DNA of 33,595 nt from Cetobacterium sp. (GTDB lineage Bacteria; Fusobacteriota; Fusobacteriia; Fusobacteriales; Fusobacteriaceae). Position numbers and translations under genes: made by a program. This document shows, in pieces, positions 1 through 9,390 of the stretch; the stretch's first letter is position 1; every line of letters starts with the position of its first letter. Where the stretch lies: the NCBI GenBank assembly GCA_051659465.1, contig JBOFOP010000122.1, positions 1 through 33,595 on the forward strand. The letters run 5' to 3'. The notes under the pieces are model-generated. The model ran no database searches and was not told where the DNA came from. It saw nothing but the letters and a program-made list of their open reading frames with translations.

Positions 1-893
1 TGAAAGCTGGATTTATAGCAGTTGTAGGAAGACCAAACGTTGGAAAATCTACATTAATAAATAAACTTGTAAACGAAAAGGTAGCTATTGTTTCTGATAA
101 AGCAGGAACAACAAGAGATACAATAAAAGGAATTTTAAACTTTAATAAAAATCAATATATATTTGTGGATACACCGGGTATTCATAAACCAAAGCATTTA
201 TTAGGAGAACATATGACTAATAGTGCGATTAGAGTTTTAAGAGATGTAGATGTTATCGCAATGGTAATAGATGCATCACAAGAGATAAGTACTGGTGATT
301 TATTTGTACTAGAAAAAATAAAAGAAGCAAGAAATACACCAAAAGTTTTAATAGTAAATAAAACTGATAAAGTTGATGATGAAGAGTTAGAAGCAAAAAG
401 AGCAGAAATAGCAGAAAAATTAGGTGAATTTGATGCTATTGTAGAAATAGCAGGTCAATATGCAATAGGAATTCCTAAATTATTAGATGCATTAGATCCT
501 TTCTTAGAAGCTGGAATAAAATACTATCCAGATGATATGTATACTGATATGCCTACATACAGAATAATAACTGAAGTTGTAAGAGAGAAGATATTAGAAA
601 GAACAAGAGATGAAATACCTCATTCTGTTGCAATTGAAATCATAAATGTTACTAGAAGAAATAATGGAAAAGATAAATTTGATATAAATATTTATGTTGA
701 GAGAGATTCTCAAAAAGGAATTATAATAGGAAAGCAAGGTAGCATGTTAAAAGAGATAGGTGTTGAAGCAAGAAAAGATATAGAAAATCTTATAGGTGTT
801 CAAATATACTTAGAGCTTTGGGTAAAAGTAAAAGATGATTGGAGAAAGAAAAAGCCTTTCTTAAAAGAATTAGGATATGTAGAAGAGAGATAA
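1..893 (+). CDS. era: GTPase Era (start codon cut by the window edge)
   Basis: The frame is open from base 3: (M)KAGFIAVVGRPNVGKST is G1, then DTPG (G3), NKTD (G4) and a C-terminal KH domain with IIIGKQG. Bases 1-2 (TG) are probably the end of the ATG. The ORF-track start at 165 is internal. Confidence 0.97.
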   Translation, partial: KAGFIAVVGRPNVGKSTLINKLVNEKVAIVSDKAGTTRDTIKGILNFNKNQYIFVDTPGIHKPKHLLGEHMTNSAIRVLRDVDVIAMVIDASQEISTGDLFVLEKIKEARNTPKVLIVNKTDKVDDEELEAKRAEIAEKLGEFDAIVEIAGQYAIGIPKLLDALDPFLEAGIKYYPDDMYTDMPTYRIITEVVREKILERTRDEIPHSVAIEIINVTRRNNGKDKFDINIYVERDSQKGIIIGKQGSMLKEIGVEARKDIENLIGVQIYLELWVKVKDDWRKKKPFLKELGYVEER

Positions 894-898
894 AAATC

Positions 899-925
899 AA
901 AAGTAGCTGTAATGGCTACTTTTTT
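899..925 (+). terminator. Intrinsic terminator after era
   Basis: Stem AAAAGTAGC / GCTACTTTT followed by a T run. Confidence 0.75.
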
Positions 926-945
926 CTTTACGAAAATTTATAGTT

Positions 946-974
946 TTGTGTTGATATAATAGTTATGATATAAT
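946..974 (+). promoter_or_regulatory. Putative sigma70 promoter(s) for the tdk operon
   Basis: Two extended -10 elements TGaTATAAT (952-960, 966-974). TTGTGT at 946-951 lies 17 bp before the second -10. Confidence 0.55.
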
Positions 975-1018
975 AGAAAATAGGTAAAAAAATTATTAGA
1001 TATGGAGGAACAAAAACA

Positions 1019-1618
1019 ATGCATTTATTGTTAACAGAAGGAATGGGTTGGATAGAGGTTGTAACTGGAAGTATGTTTTCTGGTAAAAGTGAAGAACTAA
1101 TAAGAAGAATGAGAAGATCAAAGTATGCAAATCAAAAAATAGTAGTTTTTAAGCATGCTAGCGATAATAGATATGATGATACAAAAGTAGCTTCACATAG
1201 CCAGGCTTTTATTGAAGCAGTACCTGCTTCAACGGTAGAAGAGATGAGAAGAATAATTGAAACTGAATATAAAGATGTTAGAGTAGTAGGTATTGATGAA
1301 GTTCAATTTTTTGGAGAAGAAGTAGCTCAGTTTTGTGAAGAGTTAGCGGATGCAGGTAAAAGAGTTGTAGTAGCAGGCTTAGATCAAGATTTTAGAGGAG
1401 AGCCATTCAAACCTATGGATAGATTAATGGCAAAAGCAGAGTATGTAGACAAATTCAATGCTATTTGTGTTTGTTGTGGAAATCCAGCTTCAAGAACTCA
1501 AAGACTTGTAGATGGAGAACCTGCATATTTAGATGATCCAATAGTGTTAGTTGGAGCAAGTGAAAGTTATGAATCGAGATGTAGAAGATGTCATGTAATT
1601 AGAAAAAGAGGAGAATAA
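1019..1618 (+). CDS. tdk: Thymidine kinase
   Basis: GSMFSGKS P-loop, IDEVQF, AGLDQDF, Zn ligands CxxC and CRRC; GGAGG RBS. Confidence 0.96.
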   Translation: MHLLLTEGMGWIEVVTGSMFSGKSEELIRRMRRSKYANQKIVVFKHASDNRYDDTKVASHSQAFIEAVPASTVEEMRRIIETEYKDVRVVGIDEVQFFGEEVAQFCEELADAGKRVVVAGLDQDFRGEPFKPMDRLMAKAEYVDKFNAICVCCGNPASRTQRLVDGEPAYLDDPIVLVGASESYESRCRRCHVIRKRGE

Positions 1619-2469
1619 TGAATTTTAGAGGAGTTGAAAAAACTGATAAATGGGGATATATATTTACAGTTTTCTATAATGGAGAAAAATTTCATTCTTT
1701 CGATGAAATGGCAGGAAAAAAAACTGTAAAAGGTGAATTTAGAAAAGAGATGAATGAATTAGGATTTACATGGGCAAAAGGAATTCAACAAGGTGGTAGA
1801 ACAGATGCTAAAGTTTCTGCTGAAAGAAATATGCTTTATGTAAGTAGTAATTTTGAGGGAGATTTAAATGAGGTAATATCTAAATTTAATCAGAAAATGA
1901 AAGAAATAATTTTTATAAGAAAAGTTCAAAAAACTTTTCCAAACTTATCTTTTCCAGATTATGTAGAGGAGAGAGAATATCTATATAGATATCCTAAAAA
2001 AAGAATAAAAAGATCAGCTGAAGATATTGAAAAAACATTGGTAGAAATAACTGGAACGTATGATGTAAGTAGATTTACTGATAAAAAAGGTCTAGAGTTA
2101 AAAGAACATGAAAGAAGCGTAGTTGTAACTTTTGAAAAATCAATTTTAAAATTTGTTGGAAATTCATTTATGCCAAAACAAGTTAGAAATATGGCTGGAT
2201 ATATCTTAACAGGTGAGGTAGAAACTTTCCCAGGGAAATATTTAACATTGGAAAATGTATATTTGAAACAAGAGTTGTTAGATAAAATAATAGTGCCATG
2301 TGATGATTTGATAGTTGATGGTGTTCAAAAAATAGAAAAAACAAGTGATAATAAGATGTCTATTTTTTATGTGAAAAAAGATAAAAAAGGCGAAGTGATT
2401 GGAAAGAATGCTACAAATATTAAAAGTTTAAGAAAAGAGTTTGGAAACATAATTATAAGGGAGATTTAA
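1618..2469 (+). CDS. TruA-like pseudouridine synthase with a C-terminal KH-like domain
   Basis: YNGEKFH, GRTDAKVSA (catalytic Asp motif), REYLY and GNSFMPKQVRNMAG are TruA motifs. The C-terminal KGEVIGKNATNIKSL resembles a KH motif. The start overlaps the tdk stop (TAATG). Confidence 0.8.
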   Translation: MNFRGVEKTDKWGYIFTVFYNGEKFHSFDEMAGKKTVKGEFRKEMNELGFTWAKGIQQGGRTDAKVSAERNMLYVSSNFEGDLNEVISKFNQKMKEIIFIRKVQKTFPNLSFPDYVEEREYLYRYPKKRIKRSAEDIEKTLVEITGTYDVSRFTDKKGLELKEHERSVVVTFEKSILKFVGNSFMPKQVRNMAGYILTGEVETFPGKYLTLENVYLKQELLDKIIVPCDDLIVDGVQKIEKTSDNKMSIFYVKKDKKGEVIGKNATNIKSLRKEFGNIIIREI

Positions 2470-2889
2470 ATGTTTTCTAGGTTGAAACAAGGTTTCAGAT
2501 GCTTGTTTTTAAAATTTAATAAAAATCAAGAGTTAGAAGTAAAGACAATACTAAGTCTAGATGAATTCAAAATTTTTAACGAAATGAGTGATTACGATAA
2601 ATTACATTCATTTTTAATATATAAATCTGTAATGGAAAATGAAGTTCTAAAAGAAGATAGAATTTATTTAAAGTTAGCTTTACTTCATGATAGTGGAAAA
2701 GGAAATATAACTTTTTTAAGAAGAGTAAAAAAGGTTTTGATAGGAGACGAAAAATTAGAAAAGCATCCGCAAAACGCTTTTGAAAAATTAAAAAAAATAG
2801 ATTTAGAGTTAGCTAAATTATGTAGAGACCATCATAAAAAAAATGTGGAAAATAAAATGAAAATTTTTCAGAAAATTGATGATGAGTAA
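2470..2889 (+). CDS. Small HD-domain metal-dependent phosphohydrolase
   Basis: H...ALLHDSGK...H...HH...DD signature. Confidence 0.8.
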   Translation: MFSRLKQGFRCLFLKFNKNQELEVKTILSLDEFKIFNEMSDYDKLHSFLIYKSVMENEVLKEDRIYLKLALLHDSGKGNITFLRRVKKVLIGDEKLEKHPQNAFEKLKKIDLELAKLCRDHHKKNVENKMKIFQKIDDE

Positions 2890-2899
2890 AAGGAGAAAA

Positions 2900-4672
2900 A
2901 TGAGAGTAGATATAAGTAAACATTTAATGTCAGTAGAAAAACCAGCTCAGTACTTAGGAAATGAAATAAATAGTTTTCATAAAAATTTAGAAACAATAAA
3001 AGCTAGAATGTGCTTATTTTTTCCAGACGTTTATGAAGTTGGAATGTCTAATTTAGGAATAAGACTGTTATATACAATAATGAATAAAGTTGATAATTTC
3101 TATTTAGAAAGAGGATTTTCTCCTATGGAAGATTTAGAAACTTTAATGAGAGAAAATGACATACCTATGTTTTCTTTAGAAACTAAAACAGATTTAAAAG
3201 ATTTTGATGTTATTGGATTTTCACTTTCTTATGAAATGTGTTATCCAAATGTTTTAAACGCTTTAAGTTTATCAAAAATTCCTCTACATGCAGATGAAAG
3301 AGGAGAGGAGTTTCCTTTGATAATGGCAGGTGGAACATGTATGATGAATCCAACTCCAATGGAGAAATTTTTAGACTTCTTTGTTATTGGTGATGGAGAA
3401 GAAACAATGACTAAATTAGCTCAAACTTTAGTTCGTTTAGCAGGAAAAACAAAAGATGAAAAATTAGATGCTATAAAAGATTTTGATGGTGTTTATATTC
3501 CGAAACTGCATAAAGGAGTAAAAAGAATTAAAAGAGCTATTTTAAAAGATTTGGATAATACAGTATCTTATTCTGAACAGCTAGTTCCTTATATTCAAGT
3601 AGTACATGATAGAGCTTCAGTAGAAATTCAAAGAGGGTGTACAAGAGGATGTAGATTCTGTCAAGCAGGATACGTTTACAGACCTGTAAGAGAAAGAAGT
3701 TTAGAAAAAAATATAGAATTAATAGATGATATGCTATTCAATACAGGTTATTCTGAAATATCTCTATCTTCATTAAGTAGTAGTGACTATACTGCAATAA
3801 CTCCGTTGATTGATGGGTTACAAAAGAAATATGAAAACAAAAATTTAGCAATTTCATTACCATCTTTAAGAATGAATACTCACTCTGTAGATGTAGCTGT
3901 AAATATAAGTGGTGGAAAAAGACCAGGATTTACATTTGCACCAGAAGCTGGAAGTCAAAAGATGAGAGATGTTATAAATAAAGGTGTGACAGAAGAAGAA
4001 ATTTTAGAAACAGCAGAAGCTGCAGTAAAAGCTGGTTGGGATAATCTTAAGTTCTACTTTATGATAGGATTACCATTTGAGACAGATGAAGATGTAATGG
4101 CAATTTATGAATTAGTAAGAACTGTAACATACAAATGCAGAATGATAAGAAGAAGGGTAAATATAACAGCAAGTATTTCAAACTTTGTACCTAAACCTCA
4201 CACACCTTATCAATGGGAAGAGCAGATGAGCATAGAAGAAGCTCAGAGAAAACAAAATATGCTAAGAGATGCTTTTAAAGGAATGAAAGGTGCAACTTTA
4301 AGAATGCATTCACCAAAGAAATCATACTTAGAAGGTTTATTGTCTAGAGGAGACGAAAGAACAGGAGCTTTAATAGAAAAAGCTTTTGAAATTGGAGCAA
4401 AATTAGATGATTATAAAGATAATTTCTCAATATGGAAAGAAGCTATGGAAGAGTTAAATATAGTTGATGAAGATTACATAGGAAAGAGAGATTTAGATAA
4501 GCATTTAGCTTGGGATATAGTTGATGTTGGAGTAGATAAAGAATTCTTTGTAAGAGAGTTAGAGAACAGTGAAAAACAAGCTTTAACAGTTGATTGTAGA
4601 GAGAAATGCTCTGGTTGTGGAATGAAAAAGTATATAAAAGAGTGTGGTTTATTAACTCTGGATAAAAGATAG
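2900..4672 (+). CDS. TIGR03960-type B12-binding-like radical SAM protein
   Basis: VEKPAQYLGNE and FPDVYEVGMSNLG N-terminus, CTRGCRFC (CxxxCxxC), FAPEAGS, FVPKPHTP and a C-terminal Cys cluster (CREKCSGC). Start moved to ATG 2900, which follows AGGAG. Confidence 0.88.
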   Translation: MRVDISKHLMSVEKPAQYLGNEINSFHKNLETIKARMCLFFPDVYEVGMSNLGIRLLYTIMNKVDNFYLERGFSPMEDLETLMRENDIPMFSLETKTDLKDFDVIGFSLSYEMCYPNVLNALSLSKIPLHADERGEEFPLIMAGGTCMMNPTPMEKFLDFFVIGDGEETMTKLAQTLVRLAGKTKDEKLDAIKDFDGVYIPKLHKGVKRIKRAILKDLDNTVSYSEQLVPYIQVVHDRASVEIQRGCTRGCRFCQAGYVYRPVRERSLEKNIELIDDMLFNTGYSEISLSSLSSSDYTAITPLIDGLQKKYENKNLAISLPSLRMNTHSVDVAVNISGGKRPGFTFAPEAGSQKMRDVINKGVTEEEILETAEAAVKAGWDNLKFYFMIGLPFETDEDVMAIYELVRTVTYKCRMIRRRVNITASISNFVPKPHTPYQWEEQMSIEEAQRKQNMLRDAFKGMKGATLRMHSPKKSYLEGLLSRGDERTGALIEKAFEIGAKLDDYKDNFSIWKEAMEELNIVDEDYIGKRDLDKHLAWDIVDVGVDKEFFVRELENSEKQALTVDCREKCSGCGMKKYIKECGLLTLDKR

Positions 4673-4681
4673 GAGTAAATT

Positions 4682-5350
4682 GTGACAATAATAAAAAATG
4701 ATTGGGATGATATATTAAAAGCAGAGTTTGAAAAAGAGTATTTTTTTAAAATAAAAGAGTTTTTAAAAAATGAATATGAAAGTAAAGTTGTTTATCCGCC
4801 AAAGGAAGATATTTTCACAGCTTTTAAACTGACACAATATAAAGATATAAAAGTTGTAATATTAGGACAAGACCCTTATCACGGTTTAGGACAAGCTCAT
4901 GGATTGGCATTTTCTGTAAAAAAAGATATAAAAATACCACCTTCATTAAGAAATATTTATAAAGAAATTTTAGCTGAAGGAGAGGGAGATACTTTTAATC
5001 ATGGATGTTTAGAGTCTTGGGCAAATCAAGGTGTATTTTTATTAAATGCAACTTTGACTGTTAGAGAAAGTGAAGCAAACTCTCATAGTAAAATAGGTTG
5101 GACAATATTTACAGATGAAGTTATAAAAAAAATAAATGAGAAAAAAGAATCAGTAATTTTTATACTTTGGGGAAATAATGCAAAAGCTAAAAAAAAATAT
5201 ATAACAAACAATCATCATTTAATAATAGAAGGAGTTCATCCCAGCCCTCTTTCGGCAAGTAGAGGATTTTTTGGATGTAATCACTTTAAAATAGTGAATG
5301 AAGAATTAAAAAATAAAAATAGAATACAGATTAATTGGAATATAAAATAA
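4682..5350 (+). CDS. ung: Uracil-DNA glycosylase (family 1)
   Basis: GQDPYH, GLAFS, LLNATLTV and HPSPLS motifs; GTG start after AGGAG. Confidence 0.97.
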   Translation: MTIIKNDWDDILKAEFEKEYFFKIKEFLKNEYESKVVYPPKEDIFTAFKLTQYKDIKVVILGQDPYHGLGQAHGLAFSVKKDIKIPPSLRNIYKEILAEGEGDTFNHGCLESWANQGVFLLNATLTVRESEANSHSKIGWTIFTDEVIKKINEKKESVIFILWGNNAKAKKKYITNNHHLIIEGVHPSPLSASRGFFGCNHFKIVNEELKNKNRIQINWNIK

Positions 5351-5354
5351 ATTA

Positions 5355-5384
5355 TTGACATAAAGATCTAAAAAAGGTTAAAAT
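5355..5384 (+). promoter_or_regulatory. sigma70 promoter
   Basis: TTGACA (5355-5360), 18 bp spacer, TAAAAT (5379-5384). Confidence 0.6.
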
Positions 5385-5417
5385 TTAATAAAAATAAATT
5401 TTAAATGGGAGGTTTTT

Positions 5418-5810
5418 ATGAAAAAAATATTACTTTTATTAACATTAGTAGGAAGTTTAACGTATTCAGCAGAGTATAGAGAAGGGACTTATAGAGGAGT
5501 TTATATATCTGGACAAGAAACTCAAGTAGAAATTCAATTTGACTTAAAAGAAGATAAAGTTGAAAAAACGAGATATAGAACACTTTATTACAAAGGTGAA
5601 GATTACTTAAAGAACAAAGAGTTAGAGAAAAATAAAAATCAATACGAAGCATTATTGACAGCGATAACTGGAAAAAATGTAAATGATGCAGTAGAATTAC
5701 TATATAAACCAGCAGATATTGAAAATGCTGGTGCATCTGTAAGAGCTACAAAAGTAAGATCAGCAATAAAACATGGATTGAGCACAGGTGTTTATACACC
5801 TGCTAAATAG
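5418..5810 (+). CDS. Secreted protein, probable FMN-bind domain
   Basis: Signal peptide MKKILLLLTLVGSLTYSA, then YREGTYRG and C-terminal AGASVRATKVRSAIKHGL resembling FMN_bind (SGAT-like motif). Confidence 0.6.
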   Translation: MKKILLLLTLVGSLTYSAEYREGTYRGVYISGQETQVEIQFDLKEDKVEKTRYRTLYYKGEDYLKNKELEKNKNQYEALLTAITGKNVNDAVELLYKPADIENAGASVRATKVRSAIKHGLSTGVYTPAK

Positions 5811-5846
5811 AAACAAAAACAGAGGAGAAATCCTCTGTTTTGTTTT
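5811..5846 (+). terminator. Intrinsic terminator
   Basis: AAAACAGAGGA-GAAA-TCCTCTGTTTT hairpin. Confidence 0.85.
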
Positions 5847-5871
5847 ATCAATATTTTTTTTAATTTAAAAA

Positions 5872-5880
5872 TGCTATAAT
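5872..5880 (+). promoter_or_regulatory. Extended -10 for murE-kdsA-kdsD
   Basis: TGcTATAAT 31 bp upstream of the murE start. Confidence 0.5.
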
Positions 5881-5911
5881 AAGCTTGAATAATATTAAAT
5901 GAGGTGTAGTT

Positions 5912-7309
5912 ATGGAGAGATTATTTGAAAATATAGATTATAAAGTTTTAAAGTTGGTAGATAAAGATATATATTCTGGAAACTTAGAATATGACTCTAG
6001 AAAAGTAAAAGTTGGAGATATATTTGTAGCTTTAAAAGGTAATTTGGTTGATGGGCATAAATATATAGATAGAGCTTTAGAAAATGGAGCTGTTTGTATA
6101 ATAGTTTCAGAAGAAGTAGAGTTAAAAGGAGATGTAAGCTATTTTTTAGTTCAGAATTTAAGAGAAAAGTTAGGGGAAATTGCATCTAATTTTTATGGAA
6201 GACCAGAAAAAAAATTAAAAATAATTGGAATAACTGGAACAAATGGAAAAACAACAACAACATATTTAATAGAACAAATTTTAGGAACAGAAAAAGTTGC
6301 AAGAATAGGAACAGTAGAATATAAAATTGGAGATGAAATAATTGAAGCTCCAAATACAACTCCTGAATCTTTAGATATAATAAAGATGAGTAAAAAAGCA
6401 GTTGATAAAGGATTAGAGTATTTAGTTATGGAGGTTAGTTCTCACGGATTAACGAGTGGAAGAGTAGATATGCTAGATTTTGATATAGCTGTATTTACTA
6501 ACTTAACTCCAGAGCATTTAGACTACCATAAAGATATGGAAGATTATTTTGCTGCTAAAAAAATATTATTTGAAAAGTTGAAAGATAAAAAAAATGGAAT
6601 AATAAATATAGATGATAAATATGGAAGTAGAATTTTTAATGAATTTGGAGGAATTTCTTATTCTTTAGATGGCTTGGCAGATTTAGATAAAACAATAATA
6701 AAAGAGATGAAACCAACATTGTTAGGAAAATTTAATATGTATAATCTTCTAGGTGCTATTGGTGTTGGAAAAATTTTAGGAATAAATGAAGAAATGATAA
6801 AAGAAAGAGTTAAAAATATAAAAAGTGCACCAGGTAGATTTGAATCAGTTTCTATAGGACAAGATTTTAGAGTGGTAGTAGATTATGCACATACAGGAGA
6901 TGCTTTAGAAAATATTCTTCAAGGTGTATCAAATTTAGAAGATGTTAGGAAAATAATTACAGTTTTTGGTTGTGGTGGAGACAGAGATAAAACTAAAAGA
7001 CCAGTAATGGCTAAAGTTGCAGAAAAATATAGCGACTTAACTATAGTAACATCTGATAATCCAAGAACAGAGAATCCAGAGAGTATAATCTCTGATATAT
7101 TAAAAGGATTCCAAAAGGAAAATTATATAGTAGAAATAGATAGAAAAGAAGCAATTAAAAAAGCAGTTTTAAAAGCAGAAAAAGATGATATAATACTAAT
7201 AGCTGGAAAAGGACACGAAACTTATCAAATAATAGGATTAACAAAAATTCATTTTGATGATAAAGAAGTTGCAATCGAAGCGATAAAAGAATTGAAAGAG
7301 GTGAAGTAA
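5912..7309 (+). CDS. murE: UDP-MurNAc-tripeptide synthetase MurE
   Basis: GITGTNGKTT, NTTPE, MEVSSH, TNLTPEHLDYH, DYAHT, DNPR (meso-diamino acid specificity), AGKGHE. Confidence 0.96.
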   Translation: MERLFENIDYKVLKLVDKDIYSGNLEYDSRKVKVGDIFVALKGNLVDGHKYIDRALENGAVCIIVSEEVELKGDVSYFLVQNLREKLGEIASNFYGRPEKKLKIIGITGTNGKTTTTYLIEQILGTEKVARIGTVEYKIGDEIIEAPNTTPESLDIIKMSKKAVDKGLEYLVMEVSSHGLTSGRVDMLDFDIAVFTNLTPEHLDYHKDMEDYFAAKKILFEKLKDKKNGIINIDDKYGSRIFNEFGGISYSLDGLADLDKTIIKEMKPTLLGKFNMYNLLGAIGVGKILGINEEMIKERVKNIKSAPGRFESVSIGQDFRVVVDYAHTGDALENILQGVSNLEDVRKIITVFGCGGDRDKTKRPVMAKVAEKYSDLTIVTSDNPRTENPESIISDILKGFQKENYIVEIDRKEAIKKAVLKAEKDDIILIAGKGHETYQIIGLTKIHFDDKEVAIEAIKELKEVK

Positions 7310-8152
7310 TTGAAAATAGTTCAAGAAGTAAAAAAGGTAAAAATAGCAGATAAGTTTGAAATAGGTGGAAATAATAGATTTACATTAATAGCTGGTCCGT
7401 GTGTAATAGAATCAGAAGAGTTAGTGATGGAAGTAGCAAAAAAGGTAAAAGATATTTGTGATAGATTAGATATAAACTTCATATTTAAAGCTTCATTTGA
7501 TAAAGCAAATAGGTCTTCAATACACTCGTATAGAGGCCCTGGAATAGAAAAAGGTTTAGAGATTTTAAAAAAAGTAAAAGATAGATTTAATGTGCCAGTA
7601 ATAACAGATGTACATGAAGTATGGCATTGTAAAGAAGTTGCAAAGGTTGTAGATATAATTCAAATACCAGCTTTTTTATGTAGACAAACAGATTTACTAA
7701 TAGCTGCAGCAGAAACTGGATTACCTGTTAATATAAAAAAAGGTCAATTTTTAGCTCCTTGGGATATGAAAAATGTAGTTGTAAAAATGGAAGAGTTGAA
7801 CAATCAGAATATAATGCTGTGTGAAAGAGGTTCAACTTTTGGATACAACAATATGGTTGTAGATATGAGAGGATTTGCAGAGATGAGAAAGTTTGGATAT
7901 CCTATTGTGTTTGATGTGACTCATGCAGTACAAAAACCTGGTGGATTAGGAACAGCTACATCTGGAGATAGAGAGTTTGTATTTCCTCTAATGAGAGCAG
8001 GACTTGCAATAGGAATTGATGCAATATTTGCAGAAGTACATCCAGACCCAACAAATGCAAAATCAGACGGACCAAACATGTTATTCTTATCTGACTTAGA
8101 AGAAATATTAAATGTAGCTGTAAAAATAGATGATTTAGTAAAAGGTAGATAG
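7310..8152 (+). CDS. kdsA: KDO8P synthase
   Basis: IAGPCVIES, KASFDKANRSS, IPAFLCRQTDL, KKGQF, DVTH; TTG start after GAGG. Confidence 0.96.
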   Translation: MKIVQEVKKVKIADKFEIGGNNRFTLIAGPCVIESEELVMEVAKKVKDICDRLDINFIFKASFDKANRSSIHSYRGPGIEKGLEILKKVKDRFNVPVITDVHEVWHCKEVAKVVDIIQIPAFLCRQTDLLIAAAETGLPVNIKKGQFLAPWDMKNVVVKMEELNNQNIMLCERGSTFGYNNMVVDMRGFAEMRKFGYPIVFDVTHAVQKPGGLGTATSGDREFVFPLMRAGLAIGIDAIFAEVHPDPTNAKSDGPNMLFLSDLEEILNVAVKIDDLVKGR

Positions 8153-8153
8153 T

Positions 8154-9110
8154 ATGGATATTAAAAAAATAGCTCGTGATTTATTTGATAAAGAGATTTG
8201 TGAGTTAGAAAAAGTTAAAGATAAAATTTCGGATTCTTTAGAAACTGTTGTAAACTTAATACTAAATTCAAAAGGAAAAGTTGTAATAACAGGAATAGGA
8301 AAATCGGGTATTATTGGAAAAAAAATAGCTGCGACTTTAGCTTCAACAGGAACTCTTGCTGTTTTTATGAATTCAGCAGAGGGATTACATGGAGATTTAG
8401 GAATGGTAAATAAAGATGATATAGTTATAGCTATATCAAATAGTGGAAATAGTGATGAAGTAGTATCAATAATTCCATCTATTAAAAAAATAGGAGCTGT
8501 ACTTGTAGCGATGACAGCTAATCCAAACTCTAGACTAGGAAAAGAAGCTTTTTCAGTTTTAGATATAGGAGTTGAAAAAGAAGGGTGCCCTTTAAATTTA
8601 GCTCCAATGTCATCTACAACAAGTACGTTAGTAATGGGAGATGCATTAGCAACAGTACTTATTACAGCTCGAAATTTCAAACCTGAAAACTTTGCGGTAT
8701 ATCATCCTGGAGGAAGTTTAGGAAGAAGATTGTTGATGAAAGTAAAAGATGTTATGCATAAAGATTTGCCTATGGTAGAATTAAAAAGTGATATGGATAC
8801 AGTTATAATGACTATGACGAAAAAAAGATTAGGAGTAGTTTGTGTTGCTTATAATGAAGAACTTTTAGGAATTATAACTGAAGGTGACATCAGAAGGGCT
8901 TTAAAGTTAAAGGATAAGTTTTTCAGCATGAATGCAGAAGATATAATGACTAAAAATTATACACATGCTACAGAGGATATAATGGCTTTAGACGCTTTAG
9001 AACTAATGGAGAATAGAGAAAATCAAATCTCTGTATTGCCAGTTTTAAAAGATAAAAAAGTTGTAGGTGTCGTAAGAATACATGATTTATTAAATGTAGT
9101 TGGAAAATAG
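8154..9110 (+). CDS. kdsD: Arabinose-5-phosphate isomerase (KpsF/GutQ; SIS + 2 CBS)
   Basis: GIGKSG, HGDLG, SNSG, HPGGSLG, C-terminal CBS pair; adjacent to kdsA. Confidence 0.93.
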   Translation: MDIKKIARDLFDKEICELEKVKDKISDSLETVVNLILNSKGKVVITGIGKSGIIGKKIAATLASTGTLAVFMNSAEGLHGDLGMVNKDDIVIAISNSGNSDEVVSIIPSIKKIGAVLVAMTANPNSRLGKEAFSVLDIGVEKEGCPLNLAPMSSTTSTLVMGDALATVLITARNFKPENFAVYHPGGSLGRRLLMKVKDVMHKDLPMVELKSDMDTVIMTMTKKRLGVVCVAYNEELLGIITEGDIRRALKLKDKFFSMNAEDIMTKNYTHATEDIMALDALELMENRENQISVLPVLKDKKVVGVVRIHDLLNVVGK

Positions 9111-9139
9111 TTGACAAAAAAAGTAAAGTTTAATATAAT
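9111..9139 (+). promoter_or_regulatory. Consensus sigma70 promoter
   Basis: TTGACA (9111-9116), 17 bp spacer, TATAAT (9134-9139). Confidence 0.85.
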
Positions 9140-9175
9140 TAAAATATAAAATAAAAGTAAAACAGGAGGAATAAA

Positions 9176-9382
9176 ATGGTAAATAAAGATATGAACATTT
9201 TAGAAGCAGCACAAAAGTATCCAGTGATTTCAATGATATTTAAGAGACACGGATTAGGATGTATTGGATGTATGGTAGCTGCAGGTGAAACTTTAGGAGA
9301 GGGAATAACAGCTCATGGTTTAGATGCAGATGCCCTAATAGAAGAAATGAATGCTTTAATAAAGGAAGCTTCAGCTAAATAA
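9176..9382 (+). CDS. DUF1858 / redox-disulfide domain protein
   Basis: KDMNI..YP..F...GLGCIGC...ETL......HG pattern; AGGAGG RBS. Confidence 0.88.
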   Translation: MVNKDMNILEAAQKYPVISMIFKRHGLGCIGCMVAAGETLGEGITAHGLDADALIEEMNALIKEASAK

Positions 9383-9390
9383 TTGTATTT

